DNA from: a virus
Reading direction: 5' to 3' (one strand)
Virus record (IMG/VR): IMGVR_UViG_3300032288_003949
Coordinates: 1-64,000 of that record
Length of the DNA stretch: 64,000 nt
Shown piece after piece: positions 19,176 through 27,700 of this stretch. Position 1 is the stretch's first letter; every line of letters starts with the position of its first letter. The notes under the pieces are model-generated. The model saw nothing but the letters and a program-made list of their open reading frames with translations, was not told the origin of the DNA and made no database searches. The position numbers and the translations under genes were made by a program.

Positions 19176-19727
19176 TCAGCCTTCGGACGGAATGATCTGT
19201 TCGACGATCCGGCGGTCTTGCTCATGGGTGAGCAGCTTCATGGCTTCTGCGGGCTCCACCCAGCGAAGCTCGTCGACTTCTTCGTTGGGCTGAAAGGCAT
19301 CCATCTCGTTTGGCCGCATCAGGAAGTATCTGACGATCTTCTCGTCGTTGACCGACGGGTTGAGTTCTCTGGTCGGCTCGGCGCTGATGCCCGTTTCTTC
19401 CAGGACTTCCCGCACTGCGGTCTGCTCGGCTTCTTCGTCGGCTTCTGGTTTGCCCTTCGGCAGCGACCAGTCGTCCTGTTTCGTTCGATGGATGACGGCG
19501 ATCTTCGGCATGTCGCCTTCTTCGTCTAGGACTACGCCACCTGCGGATGTTTCGGAATCTACTCCCGTCGGGATGTCTGAGCGATACAAACTTCTAGTGG
19601 CCATCCAGATCGTGGCATCGTCACCACCAATCTCAGCCGCCGCACGAACAGCGGCGCGAGATGCCATATCCCATCTCGCTCGCTGTTCTGGCGTTGTCAC
19701 ATACTCGGGATAGCTTCGCTCCGGCAT
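19176..19727 (-). CDS. Nudix hydrolase
   Basis: WSLPKGKPEADEEAEQTAVREVLEETGI Nudix box; start set at ATG 19727, 7 nt after TAGTCT. Confidence 0.9.
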   Translation of the reverse strand: MPERSYPEYVTTPEQRARWDMASRAAVRAAAEIGGDDATIWMATRSLYRSDIPTGVDSETSAGGVVLDEEGDMPKIAVIHRTKQDDWSLPKGKPEADEEAEQTAVREVLEETGISAEPTRELNPSVNDEKIVRYFLMRPNEMDAFQPNEEVDELRWVEPAEAMKLLTHEQDRRIVEQIIPSEG

Positions 19728-19737
19728 GCCCTTCAGA

Positions 19738-20181
19738 CTACCGCCCTTCGCCGATGTTATCCAGCCAGTCCTCCAGCGCCCTTTCGTCGCTGAGTTCCCA
19801 TCGGTCGTCTTCACCTTCGCGGTGAATGTCCAGCAGTGTTGCCCAGACCTCGTGGTAGAGATCGGCCCGCTCGCGGTTGCGCTTGGCTACCGCGTTCTTG
19901 AAGTTGCCGTAGTCGATCTCGGTCATGAGTCGCAGGCTGAGTTCCATCCATGCCTGTCGCGGCACGATGAGCCGCCAGTGGTAATCAGCCTGTGGTGTAT
20001 GCACGATCTTGTCGGTGTCGAAGCCGTCGACGCTGGCCGACTTGTAGTCGCGCCTCACTGCATCGGCGAGTTCGCACAGGTTGACCAGATCATCGCGGGA
20101 TCTCGCCCGCACCATCAGGACCTGCAGGTCATCGTTGTGTTCAACCACGCTGTAGAAGCCGTATTTCGTTTGAAGCCACAT
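19738..20181 (-). CDS. conserved phage hypothetical protein
   Basis: MWLQTKYGFYSVV..VRAR..DL..ADY..R..IDYGNFK pattern; SD AAGGAGG. Confidence 0.75.
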   Translation of the reverse strand: MWLQTKYGFYSVVEHNDDLQVLMVRARSRDDLVNLCELADAVRRDYKSASVDGFDTDKIVHTPQADYHWRLIVPRQAWMELSLRLMTEIDYGNFKNAVAKRNRERADLYHEVWATLLDIHREGEDDRWELSDERALEDWLDNIGEGR

Positions 20182-20240
20182 GATTCCTCCTTGGGTAATG
20201 TCAGGGACGACAGGATACCCCTGCCGCCCCTAACAGTCAA

Positions 20241-21248
20241 CTAGGCTGCGAGGACCAGTTCCAGACCGCGCTGCTTCAGGTCATGGTCTTCGAAGCTCCG
20301 TGCCATCTGATCGGTTCGCACCGTGTAGCGGCGATACCAGTCGGCATACTCCGCTACCGCGTTGGCCGCGCACCACTTGGTTCCAGGGCTGTTGCCGCGT
20401 GTGTCTCCGTTCGGATTCAGTCCTTCGAAGATGCTCATCAGCATCTCGCGGGACTCCTCGCGGTTCTTGCGGGCCAGTTCGCCGAGGTCATCGATCTTGT
20501 CCAGTCCGAGCAGCGGGCTTACCACTCGCTCGTCGTAGGCATTCGGTGACATCGGGATCTGGGCGAGCTCATCGCCAAGCTTCTTGAAGGCCGCGTCCCA
20601 GTCAAGCGTGAGCTGCATGACCTTTCGTGCCTCGTTGAGCTTCGCGTCCAGATCGCCTGTGTGCCGGAACCTGTAGCTGCGGTTTGCGCTCCCGCGCATC
20701 GCCCAGCCGAGGGTGTTGGCGCAGACTACCCGCACATTGGTCGCTGCGGCGGTGACCGCCATGCTCCCGTCGTGCGAGTTGGCGCAGTAGACATAGCGCA
20801 TCACTTCGTCGCCGCCTACTTCCACCATCTCAGGGATGACCGCGAGCACCCAGACGCGCCTGCCGTTCTGCAGGCTGCCTGCGGTTTCGATCTGGACATC
20901 TGTTCCGAGGACCGCATCCAGCCATGCGAATGCGTCCCTGTTCGGCACGACCTTGTAGTCCTTGCCGACGATGCCGAGAACATGCCGCGTGTCCTGTCGG
21001 ATGTTCGCCATCCATCCATCCACCTGCGTGAGCGTGGACTCTGCTGCTGGCACATACATGCCCTTCTCGTTGTCAGTGACAGGCCCCATCGTGAAGAGTG
21101 GGTGCTGCTCCACTTCCCATGTGAGTCCTGAGAGTTCCAGCGCGTGGTCGATGTCGGACGGGTAGTCGTCCAGCACCGCGCCCAGGCCATGCCAAGGCAC
21201 CTTCCGCACTGAGAACATTGAATCGTGCTGCAGGATTTCGTGACTCAT
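20241..21248 (-). CDS. DUF932 / TIGR03299-type phage-plasmid protein
   Basis: PWHGLG, ETAGSL..GRRVW, NSHDGS, VRVVCANTL, RHT; start MSHEIL after SD AAGGAG. Confidence 0.9.
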   Translation of the reverse strand: MSHEILQHDSMFSVRKVPWHGLGAVLDDYPSDIDHALELSGLTWEVEQHPLFTMGPVTDNEKGMYVPAAESTLTQVDGWMANIRQDTRHVLGIVGKDYKVVPNRDAFAWLDAVLGTDVQIETAGSLQNGRRVWVLAVIPEMVEVGGDEVMRYVYCANSHDGSMAVTAAATNVRVVCANTLGWAMRGSANRSYRFRHTGDLDAKLNEARKVMQLTLDWDAAFKKLGDELAQIPMSPNAYDERVVSPLLGLDKIDDLGELARKNREESREMLMSIFEGLNPNGDTRGNSPGTKWCAANAVAEYADWYRRYTVRTDQMARSFEDHDLKQRGLELVLAA

Positions 21249-21500
21249 TTCCTGCTCCTTTCTGGTCGGTTGCACGACACACTGTATCACACATTTCTCG
21301 GAGTCAGAAATTGTCGTGGTGGACGACACTTAGTCCATCAGACCTGTAGTCGCGCTAGTAGTAGTCTGTGGCCACGCGCTTGCCGCGTTGCCCGCAGGTC
21401 GCGCAGGCGCTCTGTGCCTCGACCTTTGCCTTCGGGTTAGTCCCATCGATCTCCCAGCGCTTATTGCACTTCTGGCAGACCATCTGGAGCCAAGGCCGCT

Positions 21501-21698
21501 TTAGTCGACCCGCCATCCGCTCTCCCAGAGTTCGTGTTGGCTCTTAAACCTGGCGATGGGCCGTTTCGTGTCGTAGTCGAACACGGTCAGGCCAGCCTGC
21601 TCGCGCAAGTAGCCCAAGAGCATGCCATCTTTCTCTGCCTTCTTCATCGGCAGCATTGGGCGACACGGCCAGAGTGAGGGCTGGTCAATCAGTTCCAT
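21501..21698 (-). CDS. hypothetical protein
   Basis: short coupled ORF ending GWRVD. Confidence 0.5.
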   Translation of the reverse strand: MELIDQPSLWPCRPMLPMKKAEKDGMLLGYLREQAGLTVFDYDTKRPIARFKSQHELWESGWRVD

Positions 21699-21933
21699 CT
21701 GCGTCGGGATCCGGCAGCCCGTAGTAATCGTGGTGTGCAATTACGCTGGTATCGATCCTAAGCCCTGAGCTCAGTCGCTCTGCTTTCTCCCGCAGGGTGA
21801 TGCCGTCGCAAAACAGATTGGAGCATCCGATGGTCGGCTTGCCAGTCTCGTTGTTAATGATCAGCCACTTGCGCTGCGAGACTGGCTCGGCCTTCCCGCC
21901 GATCTTTCGTTGTGCTGTCTTTCGTTTACTCAA
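21685..21933 (-). CDS. hypothetical protein
   Basis: coupled ORF in minus-strand cluster. Confidence 0.55.
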   Translation of the reverse strand: MSKRKTAQRKIGGKAEPVSQRKWLIINNETGKPTIGCSNLFCDGITLREKAERLSSGLRIDTSVIAHHDYYGLPDPDADGTD

Positions 21934-22120
21934 GGTGATCAGGCTCTCTTTCGATCCACGCTACGGTTGCAATCGCATCGGACAGATCCTTCACTGGGAT
22001 CGCACCAACCTTTGGCTGGGTCGGGTGAATCACCCAGAGTTCCTTGCCGCCGCGATAGATGTAGCTCGCGCCAGACTTGGCTTCAAGGTGGATGCTGCTG
22101 ATCCCTTCCGGAAACTTCAA
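21926..22120 (-). CDS. hypothetical protein
   Basis: ATGA-type overlap with upstream ORF. Confidence 0.55.
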   Translation of the reverse strand: MKFPEGISSIHLEAKSGASYIYRGGKELWVIHPTQPKVGAIPVKDLSDAIATVAWIEREPDHLE

Positions 22121-22356
22121 TTCATTTCCAGACGAAACTCCATGCAGATGGGCAGGTCTTCCGGCATGTCCTTCGGCACTTCTTCAAGCTCATGCAGGTC
22201 GCCGTTCTGATCTCTGGCAGCGAGCCCATTGTTGGTCGGCACCGTAAAGGTGACCTTCTTGCGGCTGTCGGTCGCTTCCGAGTCCCGCATCTGCATCTGG
22301 GCCTTCAGCGGCTGTCCGTTCTTGTCGACGGTAATCACCGTCGGGCGCGTCATCAT
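22117..22356 (-). CDS. hypothetical protein
   Basis: preceded by leader GCAACCGACCGAAGGAGA. Confidence 0.65.
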   Translation of the reverse strand: MMTRPTVITVDKNGQPLKAQMQMRDSEATDSRKKVTFTVPTNNGLAARDQNGDLHELEEVPKDMPEDLPICMEFRLEMN

Positions 22357-22382
22357 GGTTTCTCCTTCGGTCGGTTGCTCAG

Positions 22383-22730
22383 TTAATCTACCACATTACT
22401 GCGGTCGAATCTCCTGATAATCAGAGCAAGGTGCTTGCGCTTCCGCTCTGGGAGGCGGGCAAGTGTCGTCTGATAGTTGAAGCCAAGCTGCCGCATGATT
22501 CGATGTGCTTTTGCCGGACCCACAGATCGGATGCACTCCAGAAGGGACCTGACTTCAATGCCTTCAAGGTCTTTCGGCGGGTCACATATGAGTTCGCCGA
22601 GCTCTCGGATTGTGATATCTCCGCAGCGTATCTCCTGCTTGACATGTGCGCGGTAGTAGCGGACCTTGTTCGCCCCCTTGAGTGCTTTCATTCGCTGCTT
22701 CAGTGCGGCATCCATCTTTACGGCGGTCAT
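22383..22730 (-). CDS. mihF: actinobacterial integration host factor (mIHF/sIHF)-like nucleoid protein
   Basis: ALKGANKVR..RA.VK...G...VRSLLECIRSVGPAKAHRIM..LG....TLARLPERKR matches the mIHF H2TH pattern. Confidence 0.8.
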   Translation of the reverse strand: MTAVKMDAALKQRMKALKGANKVRYYRAHVKQEIRCGDITIRELGELICDPPKDLEGIEVRSLLECIRSVGPAKAHRIMRQLGFNYQTTLARLPERKRKHLALIIRRFDRSNVVD

Positions 22731-22830
22731 TTGACTCCCTTCTCGGTGTTTGCGGGATCACCGTATCACGATTTCTGCGCCGATGTTTCATGCTAGGATG
22801 CCGTCCTGTGCAACCGACCAAGGAGGAACT

Positions 22831-23127
22831 ATGGATACGCGTCTTGCTTCAACCGCTGAGCTTCGCGTGGCGGCGGAACGCTCGCGGGCCGAAGGGTTCA
22901 ATCGTCAGGTGTCCGTGCGTCTGGCTGACCAGCTAGATGTCGACGGCACCCATCTGATCATCCCGCTGATGGTGCATGAGCATGTCGGCGGCGAACTCGC
23001 TGTGCCGCACTTGCGGTGCAAGGTCATGATGAAGCTCACTGGGCGCTCTGCTCCCTACAACGAAGTCGCTGACTTCCGTTGCGATGATGTGGAGTCGTTG
23101 CGGATCGTCCAACAGGACATCGCGTGA
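22831..23127 (+). CDS. hypothetical protein
   Basis: ATG after promoter-leader and SD AAGGAGG. Confidence 0.7.
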   Translation: MDTRLASTAELRVAAERSRAEGFNRQVSVRLADQLDVDGTHLIIPLMVHEHVGGELAVPHLRCKVMMKLTGRSAPYNEVADFRCDDVESLRIVQQDIA

Positions 23128-23462
23128 GCGCCGCGAAGACACGGGTCGTGTCTACCGATGAGTTGCGCGGTCTTGCGGGCTCCGCGAAGGCTTCCGGTTT
23201 CAAGACCACTGTCTCTCCACTGCTGAACCTGGATCCGAATGGCATCCACATTCTCCAGCAGGTCTTTGTCGCTGGCGATGTCGACGACGAGGACATTGAG
23301 GCGCGGATCCGTGCGATTGTTCTTGCCAAGATCTCTGGGAAGGACAAGGCGCATATGTGTCTGGTGGAGGTTCAGATGTCTGATTGGCTGCCACTTGAGA
23401 CGCTGGATCAGTTTGAGGCTCGTAAGGATGCGGCTTCCATGAAGTGGCTGGCCCGTCAGTAA
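23124..23462 (+). CDS. hypothetical protein (distant paralog of the preceding ORF)
   Basis: GTGA overlap; STDELR.LA..AKASGF..VS..L.LDPNGIH resembles STAELR.AA..SRAEGF..VS..QLDVDGTH. Confidence 0.65.
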   Translation: MSAAKTRVVSTDELRGLAGSAKASGFKTTVSPLLNLDPNGIHILQQVFVAGDVDDEDIEARIRAIVLAKISGKDKAHMCLVEVQMSDWLPLETLDQFEARKDAASMKWLARQ

Positions 23463-23477
23463 TTCCGCTCGCTGTTG

Positions 23478-23511
23478 TGCTACACTGTGTAGCGCAATCC
23501 GACGAAGGAGG
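23478..23511 (+). promoter_or_regulatory. extended -10 promoter with GCTA-N7-TAGC palindrome and conserved leader/SD (type example)
   Basis: TGCTACACTGTGTAGCGCAATCCGACGAAGGAGG; related copies at 4763, 22791, 38578, 40579, 43977, 45297, 47048, 50816, 58103, 63325 (+) and 4683, 21289, 63296 (-). Confidence 0.8.
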
Positions 23512-23515
23512 AATG

Positions 23516-23968
23516 ATGTTCGAAGTCAAGGAAGTTGAGAAGCGCAAGCGGACTGACTACCGCAGCTGGCGGGAGTACACCGCGAAGCCTCGGGCGTATG
23601 TGTTCCTCGATGAGGAGACCATCGCTCAGAACTTCGGGGCTCGGTTCAACCGTCCCTACAAGCTCTACCGCCCGCTGGTGCTGAAGGCGCTGGAGGATCT
23701 CGGCATCGAAGGTGCCAAGATCAGTTGGCGGCAGAAGGCTGGCTGCACTTGTGGCTGCTCGCCAGGTTTCGTGATCGATCTGCCTGATGGGATTGAAGAG
23801 GCAAGCGAGTGCTTCGATCTCTACATCAGCGTGTCCGGCCCGCCGACCGAGATCGATGAGGCGGGTGCTTTCCGGCTCGCTCAGCTTATCGGCCCCGAAG
23901 AGGCGCTGAAGGTTCAGCGTGAGACGGAGCGGGCGCTCATCCGCGAGCTTGAGGAGGTGGGGGTCTGA
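23516..23968 (+). CDS. hypothetical protein with GCTCGCSPGF motif
   Basis: own promoter and SD; Cys motif. Confidence 0.7.
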   Translation: MFEVKEVEKRKRTDYRSWREYTAKPRAYVFLDEETIAQNFGARFNRPYKLYRPLVLKALEDLGIEGAKISWRQKAGCTCGCSPGFVIDLPDGIEEASECFDLYISVSGPPTEIDEAGAFRLAQLIGPEEALKVQRETERALIRELEEVGV

Positions 23969-24402
23969 TGGGTCAGTATCACTTCGTTTGCAACATCGAC
24001 AAGAAGGAGTATCTGGATCCGCATCGGATGGGTGACGGGCTGAAACTGCTGGAGTTCGGCTGTTCTGGCTCCGGCACGATGCTCGGCTTGGCGATTCTTC
24101 TCGCCGAGCAGAACGGTCGCGGCGGTGGGGATCTGCGCGGCAAGCATGGAGTCATTGGTAGCTGGGCTGGTGACAGGATCACGCTGATCGGCGACTATTT
24201 CGATGCCGATGATCCTGTCGCGGGCGCTCTGCCGGAGACTCCTTGGCAGCAGGACTCTGGTGAGGGGCCTTGGCGCGAGATCTCTGGCGAGGTTCGTGAG
24301 GCACTTCAGGGCGATCAGTATGTCGCCGAGGAGTTGCGGCCTGATATCAAGGCCAAGTACGATGCCATGCTGTCCAGCCGAGAAACGCAGGATCAGTCGT
24401 GA
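23968..24402 (+). CDS. conserved phage hypothetical protein
   Basis: MGQY...NIDKKEYL.P...GLKL.E...GSWAGDRI..IGDY pattern; TGATG overlap. Confidence 0.75.
   Translation: MGQYHFVCNIDKKEYLDPHRMGDGLKLLEFGCSGSGTMLGLAILLAEQNGRGGGDLRGKHGVIGSWAGDRITLIGDYFDADDPVAGALPETPWQQDSGEGPWREISGEVREALQGDQYVAEELRPDIKAKYDAMLSSRETQDQS
24317..24352 (+). repeat. 36-bp direct repeat, copy 1 (copy 2 at 40939..40974)
   Basis: agtatgtcgc[c/t]gaggagttgcggcctgatatcaagg, one mismatch. Confidence 0.85.
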
Positions 24403-24710
24403 CCACGCTTCAGACAGACACCTTGCGGGCCATTTCCGCCGATTCCTACGAATGGGATTCGGAGGCGGAGGGGAATGTTGGCGCGTCGAAGGGTCGCGGT
24501 TTCATCATTGTGCGGCGGGATGCTCCTGTTAAGGACATCCTGCTCGCCAATGGCCGTCCAGGAGCCGGATCTCCTGTTCTTGCGGAGGTCTGGCTGGAGG
24601 CTCGCGGCGCGATGCGGATCAACTTCACCGTGACGGAAGATCTGGAGGGCATTGACCCGATTGAGTTCTCTGGCCTGCTGGAGCGGGCCGAGAACGAACT
24701 CTGTTCCTAG
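24399..24710 (+). CDS. hypothetical protein
   Basis: GTGA overlap; converges on the giant gene. Confidence 0.6.
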   Translation: MTTLQTDTLRAISADSYEWDSEAEGNVGASKGRGFIIVRRDAPVKDILLANGRPGAGSPVLAEVWLEARGAMRINFTVTEDLEGIDPIEFSGLLERAENELCS

Positions 24711-27700
24711 ACTGCGCGGACCCGTCCGTTTGCTTTGACCAGACCCAGCTCGCTGGCGGATCCGTGCAGCTTCCAGACGAGTACCCAGCCGCCCGTCATG
24801 CTTTTGACCTTGACCCACTTGCTCTTGTCGCCCTTCACCGTGAAGTCTGCTCCGTCCGGAAGGTCGCCCACCTTTTCATGCTTATACTTTCCGCCGGATC
24901 CGTAGGCTGACTTGTAGAAGTTCAGCTCAATCTTGGGTGCTGCGGCTACTTCTTCGGCTGTGAAGTTCGGGCCAAGTCCAGGTGTTGTCACTGCTTCCGA
25001 GGTGGCGGTTGGCGGAGGCTCTGAGAACTCTCTGGCCACGCCGTCCAGCGTCAGGTCATCTGTCAGCGGAATGTTCTTCGTTTCGCCTGTGGTCATGTCT
25101 TTTAGGTAGATCTGTTGGCCTGTGTTGTTCTTCTGGCCTATAGCAATTACGGAGAAGGTTTTTCCACCTGCTTCAAACTCCACTTCTGCATAGCCTGTCT
25201 GAGTGCTGTCCACTACATTCTTCAGCAGTTCTCCGCCGCTGGGCTCGGTTTCGCTTGCGGTCGGTTCTTCCAGCACTTCGTTTTCCACAAAGACGCTATC
25301 TGGAACAGTTTCCCACGAGTGCCATGTACTGAAGGAAGTGTCGAATGGGACCATTTCTCCATCGGGTTCAACAAGGTAGCGCCTGAGCTCGCCTTCATAG
25401 TCTGCGTCACCGATCATGAATAGCTCGCCCTTGTAGATGTAATAGGCGTTCGATTCCAAGTTTGTCTTGTCGGCGATGTCGGTCACGGTCATGCCTTGGT
25501 TCGGGGTCATGCTGTCCATGATCATCGAGGTGGGGGTTTCTGGCACCACTTCCTTCTGCTCCTGATATGGGTGCGGAACGGGCTCTGGTGCGGGCGGGGG
25601 GTTCAGCAGTGCGAATGCGTCGACCGGCGCATCTTGGATTAGCCCTTCGTTGAGGCGTTTACCACGGAGGTCGCCGTTCACCGCATAGTTGCTCACGCCG
25701 TCTGTGATGACCGCGTTTGCTCCACTCACTTGGACCGACCACAGTTTGCCGGTCTTGTCTTGGAAGATCGTTCCGACAGTCATCTCGCCGATCTTGTCGT
25801 GCTTATACTTTCCGCCTGACCCATAGGCCGACTTGTATGGCTCAATCTCAGCTTGTGGCAGATCGCTGATCTCGTCGGCGACCGTCACCTTCTCTTGAGC
25901 GACTTCGTTCTCGTCTAAGAGGTCGTAGATTATGAGTCCTGTAGGCGGAGGGTTTGCGCCGAATAGCTTTTCGGTTTCTCCAAGCGTGATTTCGGTAATT
26001 GGCGCTGCTTCTGGCGCTTCTGAGACGAGGATCCGAACCTGGCCTTCGTTATTTTCCTGCACCTTGTAAAACTGCTTTGCGGAGTCGTCGTAGAACACAA
26101 CGCCCACCTTTAGGTTCTTGGCTGGTGCGTTTGCCATGATTCCAGCCGCTGCTTTCGCTTCCTCGTTGGTCAGCGTGGGAACTTGGGTCGTCACTGCTTC
26201 CGGCTGTTTCCACGCTGTCGCTGCCAACTTCGTGTCGTAAAAGAACACCTTGTCTTGTTCAGCGAGCTCTTGAAAGGCATTGTCTACGGTCTTGCCTGTG
26301 AGCAGATCTCCGAGTGTCTCGTTCTTCGTCAGTTTGAATTCGTCGACCACCATAGCGTTTTCAGGACTCACGCTACCCTTTCCGACGGGGCCAGATCCTG
26401 TGTAGTCTTCTACTGAGACCTGTTCGATTATCGCTTCGTCAGGGTCTACGGTTTTCACCTGATACAGCACAACCATGCCGTCGGATGCTCGCTTGTGCTG
26501 TATCACCGTTCCTTCTTTGAGCTCAGCTGCTGGAACCTTTAGGAGCACATCTCCCACTTGCTCCGCTACTTCTTGGGAGATCAGTTTGCCTGCGGTTTCC
26601 GCTTTGGTAACCGGCATGTCGCTCGGCGGAGGCGGCTCTGTGTTTACTGGCGCTCCTGATTTATGGTCTGCTTCTCCAGGAGTTCCGCCCTGCGGTTTCA
26701 GAACGGCTACCTTCTTGGTCTTCGGCGAGCTTCCCTTCTTGCCGTTGTCCATATTCTGCCATTCGATCTTGTTGCCGTCCTTGCCAATCACCTTGTAGGG
26801 GCGGACGGTCTTGCCGGATCCGCCGTGGAACATCTCGCCGATGCTCAGGTTCTGCAGCGTAGTTTCCCCGCTCGGCAGCCACGCTGAGGGGTCGAACAGG
26901 TCTTTCAGCGCTGGGTCATCCGGCGCGAGCTGGACAACGGTGCCGCCTGCGGGCTTGACAGAGACGATTCCATCCTTCTTCACGCTGGTAATCGTGTGCT
27001 TCTTGCCTTGGTAGGCGAGCGTCATCCCCTTTGCGGGCTGCAGGGTTTGACCTGCCACATAGCCCGTAGCTGGGACCAGTCGCGTGGTGGCGAAGTCAGC
27101 ATTTATCGTGCCTTGGATGCCTGTTTCCAGATCGCGAACCGTAAGCCTGTCATCAGAGATGCTCATGCTCGCTGGGACTTGGCTAAGTTCGTATGGTGTT
27201 CCATCGACCTTGAACTTGTCGCCGACTTGCATGTTTCTGATCAGGATCGGATCCTCTGCCGCGAACTGCCAAGCTGCTGGATCCCAGTCTGTCTCATCCT
27301 TTAGCGGCTTGACATTTCCCTTCAGGAAGTAGTAGGTGTTGGCCCCGTCGCCTTCGAAGGCATAGCTGTCGCCGTCGAACATGAGCTTGCCGTCGCTGCC
27401 CTTGACGATCTTGTGGTAGCGCAGGCCAAAGTTGTTGGTCTTATCTGGCCCGATCCAGTAGAGAGTTCCCTTCATTCCAATCATGAAGTCTCCCGCCTTG
27501 ACACCGGCTTCGGCAGCGACTCGCGGTTCTGGTCGACCCTTTTCGTCTACATGTTTGAACGGAAGGTCACCGTGTTTCGCTTTCAGTTGCTCCGGCGTGT
27601 ATGGCTCTCCCTTAATCTCAGGAATGTCTTTGTAGTCGGCGAAGGCTTCAAGGGCTGCCGGTGGCGGCGGCTTCAGGCTCTTTTGAGACATGATGATCTC

